From: Vitrella brassicaformis CCMP3155
Taxonomy: Eukaryota; Protista; Chromerida
Reading direction: 5' to 3'
NCBI GenBank assembly: GCA_001179505.1
Contig: CDMY01000061.1
Location: 124,001-188,000, forward strand
DNA length: 64,000 nt
The notes under the pieces were generated by a model. It worked only from the letters and a program-made list of their open reading frames with translations. It did no database searches and had not been told where the DNA came from. Every line of letters begins with the position of its first letter. The stretch's first letter is position 1. Made by a program: the position numbers and the translations under genes. Positions 1 to 13,041 of the stretch are shown in pieces.

Positions 1-136
1 TTTCCAACGCACTCTCATCACTCACAGGTGAATCAGCCAGCCAGCACCCACTGCCCTCAGGCAGGCAGGGAGGGGGGATGGTCTCTGTAGCCGCCTGTGT
101 GTGCATCGTGTGTACGGGGCAGGGTGGTCTCTGCAG

Positions 137-522
137 ATGCGGCGGACCATCAGACGATGCAAACACAGAGGTCGGTCGGTCGATTGCGCATGACATGACC
201 GGCCTGCCTCTGCATCATTCGCTCTCTGTCCGATGTGATTGATGTGCCTGTCTGCAGACACAGGCTCCCGTCTCCTGCTGCCACAAACGAGTCACCCTCC
301 ATCGAGCGAATGAGCACTGCTGACCGTGACAAGCTCAGCGCCGGGCAATCGCCCTGGTGGTGGTACTGGAAGCGGGAGCGGAATCAGCGCCGAAGGAGGA
401 GGGACGAGGTGGGCAGAGGGCGCGACGCGACCAGCCTCGCGAGGCTGAGGCTGCTGCGGGGGCAGACGTACGGGGGGCCGTGTGTTGCACACGAGAGGGA
501 GAGGCGGAGTGTGACGGACTGA
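137..522 (+). CDS. Probable 3' exons of a gene entering from the left edge; product unknown
   Basis: Candidate acceptors (ctgcag at 136 and about 256), a donor-like gtcggt, and an open frame ending ...ERRSVTD* at 522. No recognisable domain. Confidence 0.3.
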
Positions 523-653
523 TCAATAAGAGATGGAATGATGGGTGGATGGATGGATGAGGATGCGTTGTGTAAGTTGTGGTGTAATGCCGCTTGCCGT
601 GGGTAGGTGGGTGTTGGGTGTAGAGGGAGGGAGGGAGGGGGATAGACAGACAA

Positions 654-686
<33 letters not shown>

Positions 687-2107
687 TAGATAGATGGTGG
701 TTGGTGTGGTGTTGGGTGTGCGGGTGCAGGGGCTGGCTGGCTGGTTTGGGCGGTCATGTGATATGGATGGATGGATGGATGATCCGCGGACGGACTGTTT
801 GTCGGTCGGTCAATGTATGTATGTATGTATGTGTCTATAGTGTGTCTCGGTCGGTGGTCACACAGGGTGGGTGGATCCATGGATTCATCGATGTGTGCAA
901 GTAGGTAGGCGATCGGTCTCTTACCCCCCCCCCCCCNNNNNNNNNNNNNNNNNNNNNNNNNNNNNNNNNNNNNNNNNNNNNNNNNNNNNNNNNNNNNNNN
1001 NNNNNNNNNNNNNNNNNNNNNNNNNNNNNNNNNNNNNNNNNNNNNNNNNNNNNNNNNNNNNNNNNNNNNNNNNNNNNNNNNNNNNNNNNNNNNNNNNNNN
1101 NNNNNNNNNNNNNNNNNNNNNNNNNNNNNNNNNNNNNNNNNNNNNNNNNNNNNNNNNNNNNNNNNNNNNNNNNNNNNNNNNNNNNNNNNNNNNNNNNNNN
1201 NNNNNNNNNNNNNNNNNNNNNNNNNNNNNNNNNNNNCCCCCACGAGTACCTTCCCGCCCTGCTCCCAAACCCGCCGTACATACAGGCACCCCGATGCAGA
1301 GGGCCTGTCGCTGATGGAGGTCAGAACAGAACACTGTCGTCAGGCCGCGGAAACAATACAGACAGACATCCATACACAGACAGACAGACAGCGGAGATGA
1401 TAAATATGCATGCGGCTTTGTGATATGTACGGCTCCCGACCCCTCTTCCGTTCGCGTCGCTGATCCGAGACGGTGTGTCGCTGGCTGGTTGGGGCCAGTT
1501 CTAACAGACCATCTTCACCAGGGCGCGCGCACGAGAGGAGACGGCAGCGTGGCCAAGGCAGACACCAATCATACACACAAGAAGACATGCAGGGAATGCA
1601 TATACGACGATGATGAATATATGCACACCCTACATGTCATGGAAAGAAACACACCCATTCCATTCCGCCAGCCCACACCAGCACACACACCCACACCCAC
1701 GCTGAGTGTTTCATGGCCCCTGATTTTATGAGTGTTTCAGGGCGGCAAAAATATGATGCACCCACCCCACCCCACCCCACCCAGCCCCGGACGCAGGCAC
1801 ACACCACACCCACCCATCCCATGCAGCAACAAACAGGCCAAAAATGGTCGGTCACAGGATCTCAACTAAGTCATCTTACACCACAGAGACCACGGCACGT
1901 CATACACTCACTCCCAGCATTGTTGCATTAAGCGCTAGTCGAAAACTGCCCACACACACCACACCCACTCATAGCATATATAGCACAGGACACACGTGCA
2001 GCCGTCCGCATCGCCACTCAACTCAACGCCAAAATCGGTACCGTACGCACCAGCATATGATGTACACACGCATCCACAGACATGAACACGCACACGCACA
2101 CACACGG

Positions 2108-4043
2108 CTACAGCTTTGCCTTCGTAGGTGCCTCCCCGCCTCTCCTTCCCCTCCTGTCGCCTTTGTTCTTCTTGTGCTTGGCTGACCTCCTGACAAGCTT
2201 GAGACCCCTCGCAGCGACGGCAGGGGGGAGACACTCGTCCTTGTAGTGGTCTGCCGGATGGGATGGGGGGCATGCATCACGGACACACACGAAGAACACT
2301 CTGAGATAGATGCGTGTTGTGTGCACGGGCTGTGTGTCGTTTGTTGCCGTCTTACCGAAGAGTTCCTGCAGTGCTGTGAGGTACTCGTTGAATATTCTCT
2401 CGACCTTCTCCTCACTCGGTGACGCGTCGGGCGGGCCCACCTCCACTGGGCGGCCGCTCCTGCACAGCACATGCATGGGCAGGCAGACAGAGATGGGCGG
2501 CAATCATATCATATGACTGTGTGTGTGTGATGTGTGATGTGATGTGTGTGTTGACAACCGTCTTCCTTCCTACTTGATATAGACCTTGGCCTGATGGAAA
2601 AGAAAACCGGGTAGCGGCAGCCAGGGCAGTCCAAAGCGGCCGAACGTCAACTGGAAAGGAATCCCCAAGTGACGGTACGTCCACTTGGCCAACCACCTTG
2701 CAATGCACACACACAGACATACACGTTTATCTATCTATCTCATCAGTGAGTGAGTGAGTGGATGGCGTTTGTTCCTTAGGTACCTGGACCATTCGGTAGT
2801 TTGGAGCAGCTGGTTCTGGCCGAAGAAGTAGATGGGGACCAGCGGCACGCCATACTTGGCGGCCAGGCGTATGAAGCCCAAGTTGTGTGGGAAGAAGGTC
2901 TGCTCTTGGTCGGCATCAGTGCGGATCTGCTCATACACACCACCGGGGGCTATCGCAAACGACTTGCCTGTCAGTGGGGTATGGTGGGCAGTGAGCGCAC
3001 AGACAGGAGTGAGCAGTGTGCTGGACTGACTGGGCCATGACATGGGTGGGACCTGTGCGTGATTCATTTAAGTGTCTGTCTGACCGGCCTTGAGGAGTCC
3101 ATCGAGGTTCTTTCTGTCGACGGACCGTGCACAGAGAAGGAGAAACCACTCCCGCAAAACTGGCATGAAGAAGACGGGGTCGAACACGCCACAGAAGAAG
3201 TTGACCGGGTCGTTCTGATGCAGACAACAACGACAGCGTGGTTCTGAGGGCGTTCAGTGAGGTGAGGGATTTGTGCTGGTTGCTTACTTGTCGAGCGTGC
3301 CTGCCTCCCGCGTGGAGGACGCAGACCGGATAGGCACCGTGCGGATGAACAACTTCACACACACACACACACACACACACAAAATTGCCCACAGTCCCGT
3401 CCCGCCTCCCTCCCTCTCTCTGTCTCTCCAAGGCTGACCCTCCCCTCCCAGCCATCTAATCAATCTCACCAAGAATGTAGCCCCTGCCCCTGTCCAGCGG
3501 CACGAGGTTGCCGAAGCCCATCCAGGTGCAGCCCGCCGCCTTGAGTCCCCACCCCATGGCAGCAGCAATCGCAGCAGCTACCCACTGAGGCCCCCAGTGA
3601 CCCTTCTTCACCGGACCGCGCCGTGTCCACCACATCCATCCGATGTACACTGCGGCAAGCGTCAAGAAAAGCCGCTGACGGCCTGCACAAAGAATAACGG
3701 CACAGCGGACAGTGCGGTGCGGTGTCTGCTGTGCAGCTAGCTGACGCATGTGCACACGGCGCTCACGTGTGAGGCTTGGCCATCGTAGCTTCGCCAAATT
3801 CGCCTGCAGCTGTCTGGCGAGACGGTGGCGGAGGCGCTTCGGCAGCAGCTGGTCAGGAGTTGATCTGGGCGAATCGTCGTCCTGCTGAGCTGACTTGGCG
3901 TCAGGGAAGTCGCGGCACAGAGCAGCGAGGCGGTTGGATGAGCCAGAGGTGGAAACATCACTCCCGAGAAAGAATGAAGACGGGCTTGACAGCGATGATT
4001 CGGTATATTCAGGGGCGTCCTCCCGCCTGTCTTGGTCCTCCAT
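2108..4043 (-). CDS. DGAT2: Diacylglycerol O-acyltransferase 2 (DAGAT family), multi-exon
   Basis: Exons encode an N-terminal hydrophobic segment (LFLTLAAVYIGWMWW), VVHPHGAYP (HPHG motif), FAIAPGGVYEQ, GFIRLAAKYGVPLVPIYFFGQN and GRPVEV...EYLTALQELF. GT-AG introns. ATG at 4043, TAG at 2108. Confidence 0.93.
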
Positions 4044-4253
4044 CAGGCGCACACGAGCAGGCTGGCGTCAAATCTGAATGCGGCGATCCAAGCTCGCATG
4101 GTTTTGCGAGGGGCGCCCTTCCTTTTGGCGTCGGGCCGAGGCAGTATCGACCTAGTTGTCGGTTTGGTTGCATCTCAGTAGCACAGCGGCTTCGTCTTTA
4201 TCGTCAGTTTGTTGTTTGGCGCCTGCCTCAACCCCATCTTGGGGGAACGGCCC

Positions 4254-7140
4254 ATGCCGACGGCCGCAGAGGACCAAGAAGAACAGAGCGGCAGCATTGG
4301 CAGTGCCAAGGACCTTGCGGAGGCCAATGGCATTGCCAATGGGACGTCGACGCCGATGGCGTCAGCCGCCGCCGCCGCCGCCTCGCCGCCGCCCAAATCG
4401 CTCTGCTGGCTGTTCGACTGGGTGAGGAAGGTGCATTCACACACAATTATGGATGAGAGCAGCGCAACAGAGTCAGAAAAGGCCATTTGCAGTGAGTGAT
4501 ACATATGAACGTGGGTGCAATGCATTGCATGCGGTGTTGTTGGTTGGGTTTCGTTGCGTTGTCAGGATGACACGTTGTTTCCAAGGTCCTTCTTCCGTAA
4601 CTTGCGCGTGTCGTGTCGCAAAGAGTGCTCTCCGAAGATGCTCACCGATTTGCAAGCCGTCGAAGCCAAAGGCATCAAAGGTCCGTCCGCCGTCCGTCCG
4701 CAAGGCAGTCAAAGGCAGCACAGCACCTTGCCCGTGTGTGTGGATTGGATTGGTGCGCTGTTTTGTTTTGTGCCTGCAGTGATGGAGCGTGCGTTGGCTC
4801 GTGGCGACGTGGTGGTGATATCGAACGCGACCCAGCAGTGGCTGGTCCACTCCGGCGAGGAGTTCCTGCCCAACCTGGTCACCTACCTCAACACACACGG
4901 CGTCGAGCGCATCAGCGCGCGGGACATCAACGAACGGGACGATATCATGCACTGGAAGGTATGGCTGTCTGTCCCCCTACACATACCATACACACACACG
5001 CAGGGCAGAGGAGAGGGTCCATCTAATCTGATGTGGGGTGCTGTGCTGTGGTGTGCTGGGCTGTGCTGTGGCGCGGTCTGTGTGTGTAGACGAATGCGTT
5101 CATGGCTCAGGTGCAGCGGCGGCTGCCGGGTCTGGAGGCTGTCGTGTCCATCGGTGACGACCAGTACGAGATGCATGCACTGGATAGAGTGGCCGAGTAA
5201 GGCAAAGAGACAGCCAAACAGCTAAACAGCCAGATACCACACTACACTCGTGTCCTCTTCCCTTGCATTGCATGCCTTCGTTGATCAATCAGCCGGTACC
5301 GAGCGTTGCGTACCAACAAGGTCAAGCTCGAGGAGCAGCCCGACATTCAGGAGTTGCAGATGGTATCCGTCCAATCCACACACCACAGGGGTGACGCCGT
5401 CCATTCCTCCCCCCTCTCTCCCTCTCTCTGTGTGTGTGTGTGTGTTGTATCGGCAGGAGCTTGATGTCTTGGAGCAGAAGTTGTACTCAGTGCTGGAGGC
5501 GCCAGGCACCCTCTGGCAAATCAGGCTCCCCAACCGAGAACATAGGTATGTATGTGTCCGTGTGTGCGCACTGCATCCATGGATGTCGCGCAGAACGCAA
5601 AACAGACCGACCGACCAGAATGTCTTCTCGTCCCGTTCATGTGTGTGTGTGTGTGTGTGTGTGTATGCAGTCGGCAGACCTTTTTGGAGCGTGCGTATGC
5701 GCCGCCGCCTGTCAATGACAAGGCGAGGCTCATATCGTCACAGGTAGGCAGCCCACACACACACACACACACACACACGTCCTCACACTTCCAAGACAAT
5801 ATGAGACACACACACGCATTTATTGCTGTATGTATTGTTGATATTGATGTGTATGGGTATGTATCTCTGTGTGTGTGGCTGGTTGATGGATGGATGGCTG
5901 GAAGGATCAGAGCAAGATTTGCACCGGTTCATTCCCCCCTGAGTTTGTGCCAGAATTCGACGCCATGCTCGCTAGCTATGCCGTCAGCCAGGCCAACGGC
6001 ATCGGCAATGGCACCACAGCAACCACCACCACCACCACCACCTCGCTCGCTCCGCTCGCCCCCCCTCCCCCCACCCCATCGGGCCCCGCTGCCATAGTCA
6101 ACCGCATCTCCGTCTCGTCGCCACCATCGCCATTCCCCGTACCGACCATGGTCGCACCACCACCCCAGCCATCAGCAGTCAACCCCCTGCAGCAGTGTGA
6201 CGACATGGCGCTGCCCCTCCTGCCGCTGCTGCCCGTGGCGCACTCCCAGATCCAGGGGCAGGGTATAAATGCGCATGCCGTCACACCGCCGCTGCCTCTG
6301 TCGGTGCCGCCCACCAGGACGCTCACCTTCTCGGTACGTGTTGACAACGAAACACAAGACACACACAGAGACAGAGAGAACAAGAGAACAGAATATATAC
6401 GTCGCATGCCATGCACGCATCCTTCCTTCCCATCTATCTCCGTGTTGTCTGTCTTTGGTTGTCAGGACATGGTGTGTGTTGACAAGAAGGGGGAGGGCGA
6501 GGGGGATGGGGATGGGGATGAGGAGGACGGCAAGGCCCCGGCGGCATCTGAGAAGAACGCACCCACCCGGTCGATCAGCATCAGCGCCAGTGCCATGCCT
6601 CTGCCGGTGCTGCCCTTGCCGGTGCCTGTGTGGCCGGGCGGCCCGCAGAAGCACAAGAGGGGCGCCCCTGGCTGTGGTGGTGGTGGTGGTGACGGGGAGG
6701 AGGAGGACGCGGGAGGGGATGCCGTGCGGAAGCCGATGGACGAGCCTCTGGAGGACATCCTATCGGAGGGCGAGGCGGCCTGCACCCCACACGCGTCCAA
6801 ACTTCCCAGCTTCCCCAGCAGCAGCACGAGCCACCTGAGCGATGGCACTAGTGGTGCCAAGGACGACACGACCCACACCAACACCAGCAGCACCAACACC
6901 AACACCAACATCAACACCAACACAGCTGTGGCTGAGCTGACGCATGGCGAGGGAGATGATGCAGAGGCGGATGACGTGGACCTGGAGGGGTACATGGATG
7001 TGGCGGGCGGGGAGGGTGAGGGTGAGGGTGAGGGCATGGAGGCCGAGGGTGAGTACTTCGACGCCCTGGCCATGCCGATGGAGATCGAGGAGATGACGGC
7101 CAAGCCCATGAGCCAGGACTTCCTGCTACCGCAGGACTAG
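4254..7140 (+). CDS. HAD-superfamily hydrolase-like protein (FDWDDT type, resembling apicomplexan HAD-domain proteins) with a long Pro/acidic low-complexity C-terminus
   Basis: Splicing ctgttcgactgg|gt...ag|gatgacacg gives LFDWDDTLFP (HAD motif I). Later exons give VVISNATQQW, ISAR...WK, VVSIGDDQYEMHAL and KVKLEEQP, matching HAD motifs II-IV. Confidence 0.8.
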
Positions 7141-9083
7141 GACCACCAGGATGACATCAAACCCATGAGCCAGGACCTGCTGCACCAGGAGGAGGGGGAT
7201 GATACCGACGACGGCAGGGTGACCAGGATGAGCACCAGCTGATCTGTATGTGAGGTGCATTTGGTTGGTTGATGGGATGGGTCTGGCTGAATGGCTGAAT
7301 GGCTGTCTGGCTGCCTGGGTGTGGTGTGTGGTTGGATTGCATGTGATTGATTGATTGCGTGAGTGAGTGAGTGAGTGAGTACAGACAGTATCGAAGTAGT
7401 CTGCCTGCCTGAGCCTGAGGGAAGAGACAGAGACACACAGCTGCAGACAGACAGATGTACCATACACACACACACACAGGCGTATCGTCTCCTAGCAGCG
7501 TTAGAGCCGTGTCGGCACACGCACACGCACACACATAGATACACACGCAGGGAGAGAGACAGAGACACGTCTAGATCCTCTCCTCCCCCTGGCTCTATCT
7601 ATCCATCGGATGGTTCCCTCGTCCATCAGACAAGGTAGAGCAACGCCCTTCTCTCTCTCTCTCTCTCTGTCTCTCTCCCTCTGTCTGTCCGCCTGGTAGA
7701 ATTCGTATGCTGCTCGTACAGCTGGCTGTGGCTGCTACCCTCTCTCTCCCTCTCGCTCTCTCTCTCGGCTGTCCGCAGATGTGTGTATGAGATGAGTGGA
7801 TCTATGTGTAGCAGAGAGCCGGCCGAGCGAACCGATAGATATGCGAGTGAGCAGTTTCCCTTCGACGCGCACACAGAGACAGGGACTCAAGCATGCATTG
7901 CATCCGCCGGAAGAGCGACAGATAGGCTGGCTGGTGCATGCGGCTCGTGTCGTGCGGACACACAGAGAGAGACACTAACTACACACTCCACTCGCTGGCT
8001 GCCTTCTGCATGGCGCCGGCCAGTTAGTTGTGTGAAAGGGGTGGTTGTGGTTGTGCGTGTGTGTGTGTGGTTGTGTGTGTGTTGTGTGGATGGATGCCAT
8101 GATAAATGGGTGCGGTGCGTGGCGTGTACATAGGTAGAGGGATGATACGAGGAGGGCGATCGGATTGGATGGATTGCATTTGATTGGATGGGTGGTCGAC
8201 GGACAGAGAGACTCGGAGAGATGACAGACCGACCGACCGATCAATCAACAACACGTGATGGATGGATGGACTAACTAACGAATGGGTTGCAGATTTGATG
8301 ATATGAATGGAATGGATACATACAAGTCTGTCCTTCACGCACACCACACGTGACAGACAGGCACGTGCGCATGCAGATGGAGAGAGAGATGCATCATAGC
8401 AGTCCGACAGACACACCACAGCAGCTCACACACGATAGATAGATAGATAGACAGATAGATAGCCTGACGTCGTCAAGCGAGAGAGAGAGACAGCCAAAAA
8501 TCAATCACACACGCTGTCCCCCCGCACCTGCGCGACTACAATACGACGCACGTCGACCGACGTGTGCAGGCACACAACACATGGCTGTACATCATCTGTC
8601 TGGACACGGACGAGCATGACTAAGCAGCATGGAAGCATGAAACCCCACTGAGGAGGATCAGATGGATGGACGGATGGACGGATGGGCCGGATGGACACAC
8701 ATGACAGGAAGGAAGAACACACCAACGCGGGAAAAATGGTGATATATGCGATCGATGCCCTCACTGAATGCCGCTCAGCCCCCGAAGTGGGAAGTGACCT
8801 AGACATGTATGTATGTATCTCTCTCTATGGTACACAAGATAGAGTCTCTCTGTTAGCTGCGATCGGATCGGCCCGTCGGGCAGCCACACACGCTGTCATG
8901 TCAGCGTGGAGATACAAACAAACGGGCAGGCAACACATACATACATACATAAAGGCATATCTACCTACCCTACCTAGTCACTCATCCAGTCACCCAGGCA
9001 TAGTGAGTCGACAAATAGATCGATCAGCCCCCCCCCCCCCCCCCCCGTCCCCGGCCATCGGCCATGGATCAATCATGACCATG

Positions 9084-10877
9084 TCATGCGCTGATCTTGG
9101 ACCGCTCAGCCGCTTCCCCGCCCCCGCCCTCCTCGCCCCCATCGCTCTCTTTCCTGCGTTTCTTCCTCTTGCCCTTGTCGCCGTCCTTGCGCACCTGCTG
9201 CTTCGAGGCCTTCCCATTCTCGCCATGCTGGACCGCTGCTGCCACGGCTGCTGGCGGCGGTGTGCCACTGACGGCGGGTGCGTCAGAGGCTGCGGCTGTG
9301 CCACCGCCACCCTCCTCGTCCCTCATGCGTGTGACGATAAGATAGTCCTCCACATTGCGCCTCCTGCCGTCCCTCCACTCATCCTGCCCGCCGCCCTCCC
9401 TCTCCAAATCGGCCCTCTCCTCGTCTGTCAGCCTCTCCCATGCAGCAGGGTCCGAGTGCGGCGATATCACCACTATCAGCACACGGGGGTTCCACCCGTC
9501 ATGGGTACACGGTGGAGGCGCGCACGAGCATGGGAGCGGTGTGGGAGGGGCCGATGGTGCGGATGCATCGCCGGGCTGTGCCTGTGCGTGCATGTTGTCC
9601 AGGGATGGAGGAGGAGCGGTACTCGGGCCGGAGGCGAAGCGCGAGAGGTGTTCCGGGATGCCTAGGCCCTCCTCGCAATGGAACTTGCCGTTGATGTGCA
9701 AGATCAGGGCGTCCCTATTGTGCTGTCCATACTGCGAAATGCTCCACGCCATCGTCGCATCCCTGCACACACAGACACACACACAGAATGCAACCACGAT
9801 CATGCAGTGCATGTAATGTGGCCGGTTCTCTTTTTTCACTCCTCTCGCCCACCCCACCCACCATAAATTCTGCACAGCCAGGAGTCGTGCGAGTGTCCTG
9901 AGTATGCCCCCTCCACTGTCGTCAGCGCCGCCCACTGCCCCGTGCATCCCCATGTGTGCGACAAACTTCTGGATGTAAGCTTCCGACGCCGGCAGGATCA
10001 TCCCCAGTGGCGGCAGCCAGCCAAGGAACGGCCAGGCCTCGTCCGTGGCGTGGGTGGAGGGGTGCTGCTGGTGCTGATGGAGGCTGGCCATGCCCTGTTT
10101 TTTGACCAGGCGGGCGACCTCTGTGGGGGTGTTGGTGCCGATGACACGCACCTCGTGTGAGCGTGCGAATGAGATGAGGGGCTGGTAGTCTGAGTAGTTG
10201 ATGGGGAGGGTGGCGTCGTTGTCCTTGATGAACTCCTCCTCTGTGAGGTAGCCGTTCATGTAGCTGTCCAGGTCACACTGCAGGTCTCGCGACAGAAACT
10301 CTAGACTAAATGAGGGCAACGAACGAACAGGGCAACGAACATCCATAATGAATGGTTTCTATCGACCAGTCGACACATCAGATCAGCAGGCATCGTTTTG
10401 TGGTGTGGTGCATACATACCCGAGGCAGACGGGCCGTTGTCTGCTGGCACAGTCGGACACGACCTCCCTCAAAAGCTGCAGCTCTATGCTGTGGGCCGCT
10501 TCGTCATCATGTGTTTCGCCTGCACGACACAGACACAGGCGCACACAGCAATAAATGCAGGACCTTGCCCCTGATCAGAATGTATCAGCCATGGCAGCCT
10601 GAACTCACTGGTTAGGTGACCTACCTATGAGGACGACATCCGACTGTAGAGCGCTCTTGACCACCCTCTCAAGCGAAGACACGCCGCCAGCGTTGTCATA
10701 CACGATGTAGCTCCACCTTGGGGGCGCCTCTCGCCCCGCATCTGGCTGGCCAATGGGAGGCTGATGAGCTGAGGCAGCTGCAGAGCATCTGGCTGGTCTG
10801 CGGGCGCTCTGATGCAGCGACAAGGAAGCCAGGGGAACAAAAGGAGGAAGGACGCTGCGGAAGATGCCAGACGCCAT
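9084..10877 (-). CDS. ChaN/DUF399 (haem-uptake, Tiki/EreA/ChaN superfamily) domain protein with a transit-peptide-like N-terminus
   Basis: The spliced frame gives SDVVLIGETHDDEAAHSIELQLL, LEFLSRDLQCDLDSY, DYQPLISFARSHEVRVIGTN, RDATMAWSI and LHINGKFH, which are ChaN-family motifs. The N-terminus is Ser/Ala/Arg-rich with no acidic residues. Confidence 0.8.
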
Positions 10878-11124
10878 CAACGTCGGTCGTTTCGGCTCCC
10901 CAGATCCTCTCCCAGCGACGCCAAACCCCCTTATCCCAAACCCCTCGACACGGAGTCTCCTGTTTCATGCAGCACCCTAAGCGGCCTGGTCAGAGCAGGA
11001 GGGGGAAGGACAGGAAGGAATTCCTACTGACGAATAGGTCTGCGCATCTTTGGGAGGGAGTGTTTTTTGATGCGGTCCACTACTCGGCGAGTTTTCCGTT
11101 TCCGTAACGTCCCGCAGTGACCGG

Positions 11125-11898
11125 ATGATGGATACGTGCGGCCGTAACGAATCCTCTCCCTCTCGCCCGTCCGAAAGCGTTGACACCGACGTGCCCCTCC
11201 TCTCTCCCCCGTCACTCCCTGTGTTGCCCCTCGACCACACGCCGTGTGGCCACATTGACTCCTCCGGATCCGCCGCCTCCTCGCCGGCCATGTGGACAAA
11301 GACAGAGGCCAACACAATGAGGAGGAAGAGAGGTCAGAACACCACAACACAGACACAAATCCGTTGACACAGACAGAAGGGCAAGTGCGCTTTCTTCCCC
11401 TGTGTGCCTTCAGGCTGCGAGGAGATGAAGCACCACAGCTATGGCGGCCCGGGGATCGGCAGCCTCACTCGTGGGGGCCTCGGTGGCATCGCCACCATCG
11501 CCACCACCGACTCGGACGATTGGGAGGAGTCCCTCCTGCTCAAGAGGAAGCGCCTCAACCGGCTCTACTCCCAGTCCAACAGTGCCCTGCGGTCCAGCTC
11601 CGCCAGCACCATGGTCGACATGACAGACGTCGACAGCAGCAGCCCCATCATGGCGCGCCTGCACATCGACCTCCAGCGGCTGGCGGTGTCACTGCCGGAA
11701 TACTCGACCACCACAGGGGACGACACGATGCGTTCGAGTCTCTCGATGGGCGGGACGCAGGGCGAGCCCGACGACACGCCGACGTCGCCTATGGCGAGGG
11801 CGTTGCGGGCCAGAGGGATGGTGGTGGAGGCTGCGTTTCAGCTGGGGGATGGGAAAGGACAGGAGGGGGAGATGAGAGACGATGGTGATGCCAAGTGA
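11125..11898 (+). CDS. Hypothetical Ser/Asp-rich protein, two exons, with a KRKR basic patch
   Basis: ORFs 11125-11367 and 11404-11898 can be joined through a gtcaga...ttcag intron. Coding-like composition with no microsatellite. Divergent from the ChaN gene. Confidence 0.55.
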
Positions 11899-13041
11899 CC
11901 CACCGAGCGACAGACAGGAGAAGCACTCGTACTTTTGTGGCTGCCAGTATCCATTCGTCCATTCATTCATTCATTCATTCATGTATATATGTCAGTCAGT
12001 CATATGTATCCCGTAACTAACTTCGGGGAGGGAGGGGTGGGGGGGTCTAATGCGATGCGATGCGATTCGTGTGTGTGTGTGTGTGTGTATGTCTGTGTGT
12101 TGTGTGTGCCTGTGTGTGGGCGGCTGGGTAAGCATGGCATGTATAGCGCTTCTTGATTGCTTGGCCGCTTCCTTGAAATGAAGGCGGTTCTTCCGTCAGT
12201 AATTCTTGCTCGACCTACCTCTCCTTGCGTGGTTAAGGGACTCAGTCCACTCGAGTGGGCTGATGACAGATAGGGCTAGCAGACAGACAGACAGACAGAC
12301 AGGCCCACCCAGCACCCTCCCAGCACCCTCACAGACAGTGCAATCGACACGACTCTTCTGCTGTTGGTCTGCTGACAGCTATGACGCTTTCTGAGGGAGG
12401 GACTGGGGAGCGGACGATGGACGGCCGAACGAACGGGTGGATGGATGGATGGATGCCACCATGCACTCACTCGTTCGTTGACTCGTTCGTGGGCGGATGG
12501 ATGGACAGACGTCAGTCAAATACAACACATACATGCATGATGAGAAGACGGACAAATGGGCGGACGGATGGCCACATACGGACTATCCTCTTTATGTACA
12601 CCTGAGGCAGTCAGTGACGGAGGAAGGAAGCAAGCAAGGAAGGAACACACAATGCAAACAATACAATACAATACACCCACCAGCCGCCGCGGCCACCCCA
12701 ATCTATCAATCAGTTCTTCAGTAAGCTTCAGACACACATCATGATGCGGTTGCCCACAGCAAAGCCACTTTCTCTCCCTCTCTCTCTCTCTGTCGCTCTC
12801 TCTCTCCATTTGGCAGCAGCACGGAGGGTGGATGAACCATGTGTAGGCGTCTAAGGATACATACAAGGTGCGTGCCTTTGAAGCAAGCTAAGGTAAGGTA
12901 CACAACAGCAAAAAAGCCAGCACCACCACCGATGAGATGAGACAGACAGACAGCCTACAATAAATCACCTCAGTCGTCAGTCGCTCCCTCATCCGCCCTC
13001 CCCCATCCACCCCAGCAATGACCCCCCCCCCCATCAGTCAG

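Noticed and set aside
335-1373. Long ORFs spanning the N gaps (also around 21.5, 24.1, 26.3, 28.0 and 62.6 kb)
   Set aside because: Their length comes from X residues in placeholder gaps and from microsatellite translations.
6462-7109. Minus-strand ORFs over the HAD gene tail, and similar antisense ORFs over other genes
   Set aside because: Antisense mirrors of low-complexity GC-rich exons with no independent evidence.
7243-9083. Many short ORFs in the long convergent spacer (also 1240-2100, 11900-13040, 24540-25340 and 30020-31000)
   Set aside because: Dominated by CA/GA/GGAT microsatellite translations, with no coherent exon chain or domain.
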